DNA of 63,715 nucleotides from a virus (Duplodnaviria; Caudoviricetes): IMG/VR virus record IMGVR_UViG_3300036859_000316, positions 1 to 63,715 of that record; one strand, 5' to 3'. Shown piece by piece: positions 59,719 to 63,715 of this stretch (position 1 is its first letter; each line of letters starts with the position of its first letter). The notes under the pieces were generated by a model. It saw only the letters and a program-made list of their open reading frames with translations, ran no database searches and was not told where the DNA came from. The position numbers and the translations under genes were made by a program.

Positions 59719-62433
59719 CTAACCTCGAACCCTACCGCGACGCGCTGACCGCACCAGCCGGAATCCGATCCCGAACGGGCGCTCGGGGGTCGGGCCGATC
59801 TCGACCGCAGGGAGGATCGCCAGCTCAAGCGAGGCGTCGGCTGAGCCATCCGACGGATCGAGCGCCACCTGCGTCAGCGCTCGAAGGGCGAGGATCGCCT
59901 GCGCGTCACCGTTGGCCGCAGCGAGCACGAGCTCGATCGGGACCCCAACCACGAGCGTCCCCGTCCCCAGCCCAGATGAGGCACCGAGCGGCAGCTCGAC
60001 CGGAGCGCTGAGCACGAGCGCCCCGAGTCCCTGCCCGCTCGCGGCGCCCAGCACGACGCGGGTCGGCGCGGAGAGCGCCAAGGCGGCACTCGCCTGCCCG
60101 ACGCCGGGACTGAGCACGAGGCGAGGCGGGGCGCGCAGCTCGATCGAGGTCGCGGCCTGACCGTCTGCGGCATCCAGCCCGAGCAGGGCTGCGGCGGTGA
60201 GGGCAAGCGTGGCCTGCCCCTCCCCGCCGCCGCTTGACAGGGCGAGCAGCGTGGGCGCCGCGAGATCGAGCGAAGCGTCGGCGATGCCGTCGGCCTGGTC
60301 GATCTCGACCTCCGTCGCGGCGCTGACGAGGACAGTCGCGAGAGCCTCGCCTGCGGCGGGGTCGAGGGCCAAGAGCGAGGGCGCGCTCAAGGTCAAGGCG
60401 GCCAGCGCTTCCCCGCCGGCAGGGTCGAGGCTGACCACGGTCGGTGCCGCCACGAGCAGGGCCGCGGAGCCGAGGCCTTCAGCGGCCGCTAGGTCGATCA
60501 CGGTCGGGGCTGCGAGCGCGAGCAGCGATTCGCTCACACCGCTGGCCGGGTCCAGCGATAGGAGCGCCGCAGCGGTGAGCGCGAGGCTGGTCGAGGCCGC
60601 CCCGTCGGCGCTCGCGAGCTCGACAAGTGTGGGAGCGCCGAGGCTGAGCAGAGCGGCGCCGATGCCCGATGCCGGGTCCAGCGGGATCTGAGTCGGGGCG
60701 CTGAGGGCCACCGAGGCATCGGCTTGGCCGACGCTCGGGTCGAGGGGGACACCCGTCACAGCGCTAAGCAGGAGGCTCGCGAGGGCGCTGCCGTCAGCGG
60801 GATCGAGGTCGAGCTCGGTGAGCGCCGAGAGCACCAGCGACGGCGAGCCGAGCCCGTTCGCCGGCGCGAGGGCGAGCAGGGCCGGTGCCGTGAGATCAAG
60901 TGCTCCCACCGCTACGCCGGCTGAGGCATCGAGCGCGACGGACGTCGGGGCCGTGAGGGCCGCCAGGGCGCTCGCCAGCCCAGACGAGGCGGCGAGCGGT
61001 ACCTGCGTCGGGGCGCTGAGGGCCAGCAGCGCAGCGGCGAGCCCAGCGGCCGACCCGAGCGGGACCGCGGTCGGTGCGGACAGAGCCACGGAGGGCGAGC
61101 CGACGCCCGAGGCTGCCGCTAGGGGGATCGCGGTCGGGGCCTTCAGGGCGACGGTGGGAGCCGCTACGCCGACTGAAGCCGCGAGGGCGATCGCGGTCTT
61201 GGCGCTGAGGGCGAGGCTCGCAGACGCCACCCCCGCCGCGGCCGCCAAGTCGAGCGTCACGGGCTCGGCCTCGACCCACTCGACCATGTAGCCGAGCAGG
61301 TCGAACATCATCGACTTGGACGCTCCGGTCACGTTGCGCACTTGGATCGTCGGGGTGACGTCCGGGTTGGCCTGCGCGTAGATGCCGGCGCTCTTGGAGG
61401 TCCAGCCGGTCGGGTCGGTTCCCGCCGCCGTGGTCCCCGAGGCCTGCGTCGTCTCGAACATGGTCGGGTTCGTGAGGCCCTGAAACGCCAGGGACCGCGA
61501 GGTCGTGACCGAGCTGCCGCCGCGCCCGATCTGCCAGACGCCCAGGATCGAGTCGTTCGCCTGCATCCCCGCCCCGCCGTTGGCGAGCGTGTCGGTGTAT
61601 TTGGCGAGGTTGAAGACCTTCGTGTCGGTCGCGTTGTTGTTGGCGTTCTTGATCTGCGACGTGTTCGTCGCCGATGCCAGCACGACGCCGACCGGCGGGT
61701 TGTTGTTGAGCGCGTCGAACAGGTTGGTCGTGCCCCCCGCGCCGGCGACCCATCCGGTCCCGACGCCGCCACCATCCGAGACCGGCCGAAGAAGCGAGAT
61801 GTGACTTGGACCGGGCCAAGAGTTCTGATTCGCGCCGACCGAGTCGTTGACGATCAGGTCGTCGATCCGAACGGTCACGCCGGCATGAACGACGCCGCCC
61901 CAGCGGAAGACGCTCGGTGTCCCGGTGCCGATCGCCGCCGACACCGAAGCGATCACCTGCCCGTCCACCCGCAGCTCTAGCTCGCCGTTGCCGGACGCCG
62001 GGACCCTGAATCGGACCTCGACGTAGTACCAAGTGTTCGCCAAGAGGGTGCCGGTAGGATTGCCGACCCCCGCCCCCGCTGCGTTATGGAGCCGCAGCGT
62101 GTTGTCGGTCCTCAGCCGCAACGAGAAAATCTCGTTGGAGCCAATGTCGATGACCTGCACCACCTTCGCCTCCTGCGTCGGCGTCCCGTTCCACGACAGC
62201 GCGAATCCCATGAAGCCGTCCTCGTCGTTGTCGAACGAGCCGAAGAGGTTGGCCTCGACATACTTGCTCGTGCCGGACGCGCAGTTGAGGCAGGCCCGCG
62301 AGCCGGGAGTCCGCGCGTTCGCAGTATTGATCGTCGGCGAACCGCTGGTCCCGCAGCCCTGACCCTCCGGGTCGCCGACGCCGACCGCGGTCAGCATCTG
62401 GGTCTCAAACCCGTTGGTTACGAGCCGCGCCAC
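59719..62433 (-). CDS. Large virion protein: LamG-like N-terminus plus a 21-aa Ala/Leu repeat array
   Basis: NTWYYVEV...ELRVDG...IDD; over 20 tandem repeats like PLAAASGVGSPSVALSAPTAV. Confidence 0.75.
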   Translation of the reverse strand: MARLVTNGFETQMLTAVGVGDPEGQGCGTSGSPTINTANARTPGSRACLNCASGTSKYVEANLFGSFDNDEDGFMGFALSWNGTPTQEAKVVQVIDIGSNEIFSLRLRTDNTLRLHNAAGAGVGNPTGTLLANTWYYVEVRFRVPASGNGELELRVDGQVIASVSAAIGTGTPSVFRWGGVVHAGVTVRIDDLIVNDSVGANQNSWPGPSHISLLRPVSDGGGVGTGWVAGAGGTTNLFDALNNNPPVGVVLASATNTSQIKNANNNATDTKVFNLAKYTDTLANGGAGMQANDSILGVWQIGRGGSSVTTSRSLAFQGLTNPTMFETTQASGTTAAGTDPTGWTSKSAGIYAQANPDVTPTIQVRNVTGASKSMMFDLLGYMVEWVEAEPVTLDLAAAAGVASASLALSAKTAIALAASVGVAAPTVALKAPTAIPLAAASGVGSPSVALSAPTAVPLGSAAGLAAALLALSAPTQVPLAASSGLASALAALTAPTSVALDASAGVAVGALDLTAPALLALAPANGLGSPSLVLSALTELDLDPADGSALASLLLSAVTGVPLDPSVGQADASVALSAPTQIPLDPASGIGAALLSLGAPTLVELASADGAASTSLALTAAALLSLDPASGVSESLLALAAPTVIDLAAAEGLGSAALLVAAPTVVSLDPAGGEALAALTLSAPSLLALDPAAGEALATVLVSAATEVEIDQADGIADASLDLAAPTLLALSSGGGEGQATLALTAAALLGLDAADGQAATSIELRAPPRLVLSPGVGQASAALALSAPTRVVLGAASGQGLGALVLSAPVELPLGASSGLGTGTLVVGVPIELVLAAANGDAQAILALRALTQVALDPSDGSADASLELAILPAVEIGPTPERPFGIGFRLVRSARRGRVRG

Positions 62434-62445
62434 GCGGCCGGCCTC

Positions 62446-62979
62446 CTAGTCTTCGGTGACGACTAGACCGCCGATCGCAACCGTGGGCGGGGTCTGCGTG
62501 ACCGAGATCACGGTCGAGGTCGCGGTGCCCCAGTAGAGGACGTTCCCCGATCCGATCGAGGTCCCGTCCTTCAGCGCCCAGCCGATGATCGTCGAGCTGC
62601 CCGACGTGCAGGCCGCGAAGGTGAGCGCGGCCGAGTTGGTCTTCGACCCGCCCGACGCAGCGGACAGGTCGGCCGCCGCGATCGCGAGCTCGGCATAGCC
62701 CGTGTAGTCGGCCTCGACGAGCGTCGCGCCGGTCGAGGCGTCGGTCGGGACGGTGGTGCAAAGCGCCAGCGCAACCGTCGTCGGCATCGTGAAGGCGCCG
62801 TCGCCGAGGTTGTGATCCAAGTTTTTGTCTTCGAGGTAGTTCGATTTTGAGGCGGCGAGAATGTCCGGCCACTGCGCTCGCCCTTGAACTATGTCGCGCT
62901 GCCACCGGCCGTAATCGCTGATCCGGCCCGGTTGAAACTCGATCACCGTCAGCTTCGGAGTGACCAGCTTGTCACCCAT
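62446..62979 (-). CDS. Conserved phage structural protein
   Basis: SNYLE...LD, ALCT..P.D...G..E..Y.GY, N..A.TF, GNVLYWG. Confidence 0.7.
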   Translation of the reverse strand: MGDKLVTPKLTVIEFQPGRISDYGRWQRDIVQGRAQWPDILAASKSNYLEDKNLDHNLGDGAFTMPTTVALALCTTVPTDASTGATLVEADYTGYAELAIAAADLSAASGGSKTNSAALTFAACTSGSSTIIGWALKDGTSIGSGNVLYWGTATSTVISVTQTPPTVAIGGLVVTED

Positions 62980-63460
62980 GCGGGCCGCCCCCTTCGAGGT
63001 AGGTCAGGGCCGCAGCGAAGATCGCGGGATCCTCGCGGAGCATCCCTAGTGCTGAGTTGCAGGGACCGCACAGAAGACCGCGCACCTGCCCGGTGTCGTG
63101 ATCGTGATCGACGCCCAGCCGTCGGCCCTGCCCATCGCCGCGGCAGATCGCGCAGCGCCCATCCTGGGCTTCGAGCATCGCAAGGTATTGCTCTTCTGAG
63201 ATCCCGTAGGTGGCGGCGAGGTCTCGGAAGCGTCCTTTGTTATGCCACCAGCGTCGCCATGCTTCACGCCGACGCTCGGGATGCCGTTCGCGCCAACGCG
63301 CCACGGCGGTAGCGTTCCCGGGTCGCCGACATTCCTTGCAGCGGTTCGCGTAGCCGCTCGCGGTGTGGCGGTCCCGGTGAAACTCGCTCACGGGCTTCGT
63401 CTGCTCGCAGGTGCAGCAGGCCTTGGCCCCGTCGACGACTTCTACGGCGTGCGCTGGCAT
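62972..63460 (-). CDS. Endonuclease VII domain protein
   Basis: YGI....Y..M...Q.G.CAIC, VDHDH.TG.VRGLLC..CN.ALG. Confidence 0.92.
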   Translation of the reverse strand: MPAHAVEVVDGAKACCTCEQTKPVSEFHRDRHTASGYANRCKECRRPGNATAVARWRERHPERRREAWRRWWHNKGRFRDLAATYGISEEQYLAMLEAQDGRCAICRGDGQGRRLGVDHDHDTGQVRGLLCGPCNSALGMLREDPAIFAAALTYLEGGGPHG

Positions 63461-63461
63461 T

Positions 63462-63715
63462 AGCTCTTCCCGATCGGGGTCGGGGCGATCTTCGCGGGGC
63501 GAACTGGCTCGGCGCCGGGCGCGGGCTCATTCGCGATCGGGCCGGTGAGCAGGTCGAAGCCCTTCTGCGTCTGCTGCCACAGGCCCCGCTTGTGCTTGGC
63601 GGCGAGCCCTTCGGCCTTGAGCTCGTCGAGGACTTCGACCAGCTCGGGGACGGTGTCGAGCGGCGTATGGTCGTCGGGGTCGAGCCGCTCTAGAAGCGCC
63701 TCGGGGTCCCAGCCG
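63462..63715. repeat. Terminal direct repeat / circular assembly overlap (copy 2)
   Basis: Identical to 1-254 except one base. Confidence 0.95.

Noticed and set aside
682-63463. Numerous long plus-strand and alternate-frame ORFs
   Set aside because: Shadow ORFs of high-GC minus-strand genes; Arg/Pro-rich with no motifs (41125-41439 excepted)
1-63715. Genome-wide stop-codon reassignment or diversity-generating retroelement
   Set aside because: TAA, TAG and TGA all end genes with normal overlaps; no reverse transcriptase or template/variable repeat pair seen

Overview
The window is an apparently complete, circularly assembled genome (unit length 63,461 bp; bases 1-254 repeat at 63462-63715 with one mismatch) of a GC-rich tailed phage of siphovirus type. 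The host is probably actinobacterial, inferred from the GC content, leaderless TANNNT promoters, an Rpf-like gene and actinophage-type tail proteins. Nearly all genes lie on the minus strand. In transcription order: terminase, portal, MuF-like minor head protein fused to a zeta-toxin-like kinase, an inserted small-gene cassette, XkdF-type protease/scaffold, major capsid, a glycosyltransferase/FkbM methyltransferase cluster, neck and tail genes (with a -1 frameshift chaperone and two clan GH-A tail proteins), a lysis module ending in a secreted Rpf-like transglycosylase, and an early/replication arm (RecT-like, PD-(D/E)XK nuclease, HerA-like ATPase, RusA, initiator with iterons, two DNA methyltransferases). 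I recognise no integrase, DNA polymerase, tRNA or CRISPR array. The most unusual signal is possible translational recoding. The tape measure gene has no in-frame start for its first 172 codons and sits behind a leaderless 9-codon rare-codon ORF in a hairpin. The amino-methyltransferase motif DPPY is split by TTA-TCG. The GT32 gene also lacks a normal start. Three separate families of operator-like motifs are visible. All product calls come from motif recognition by eye, not database searches.
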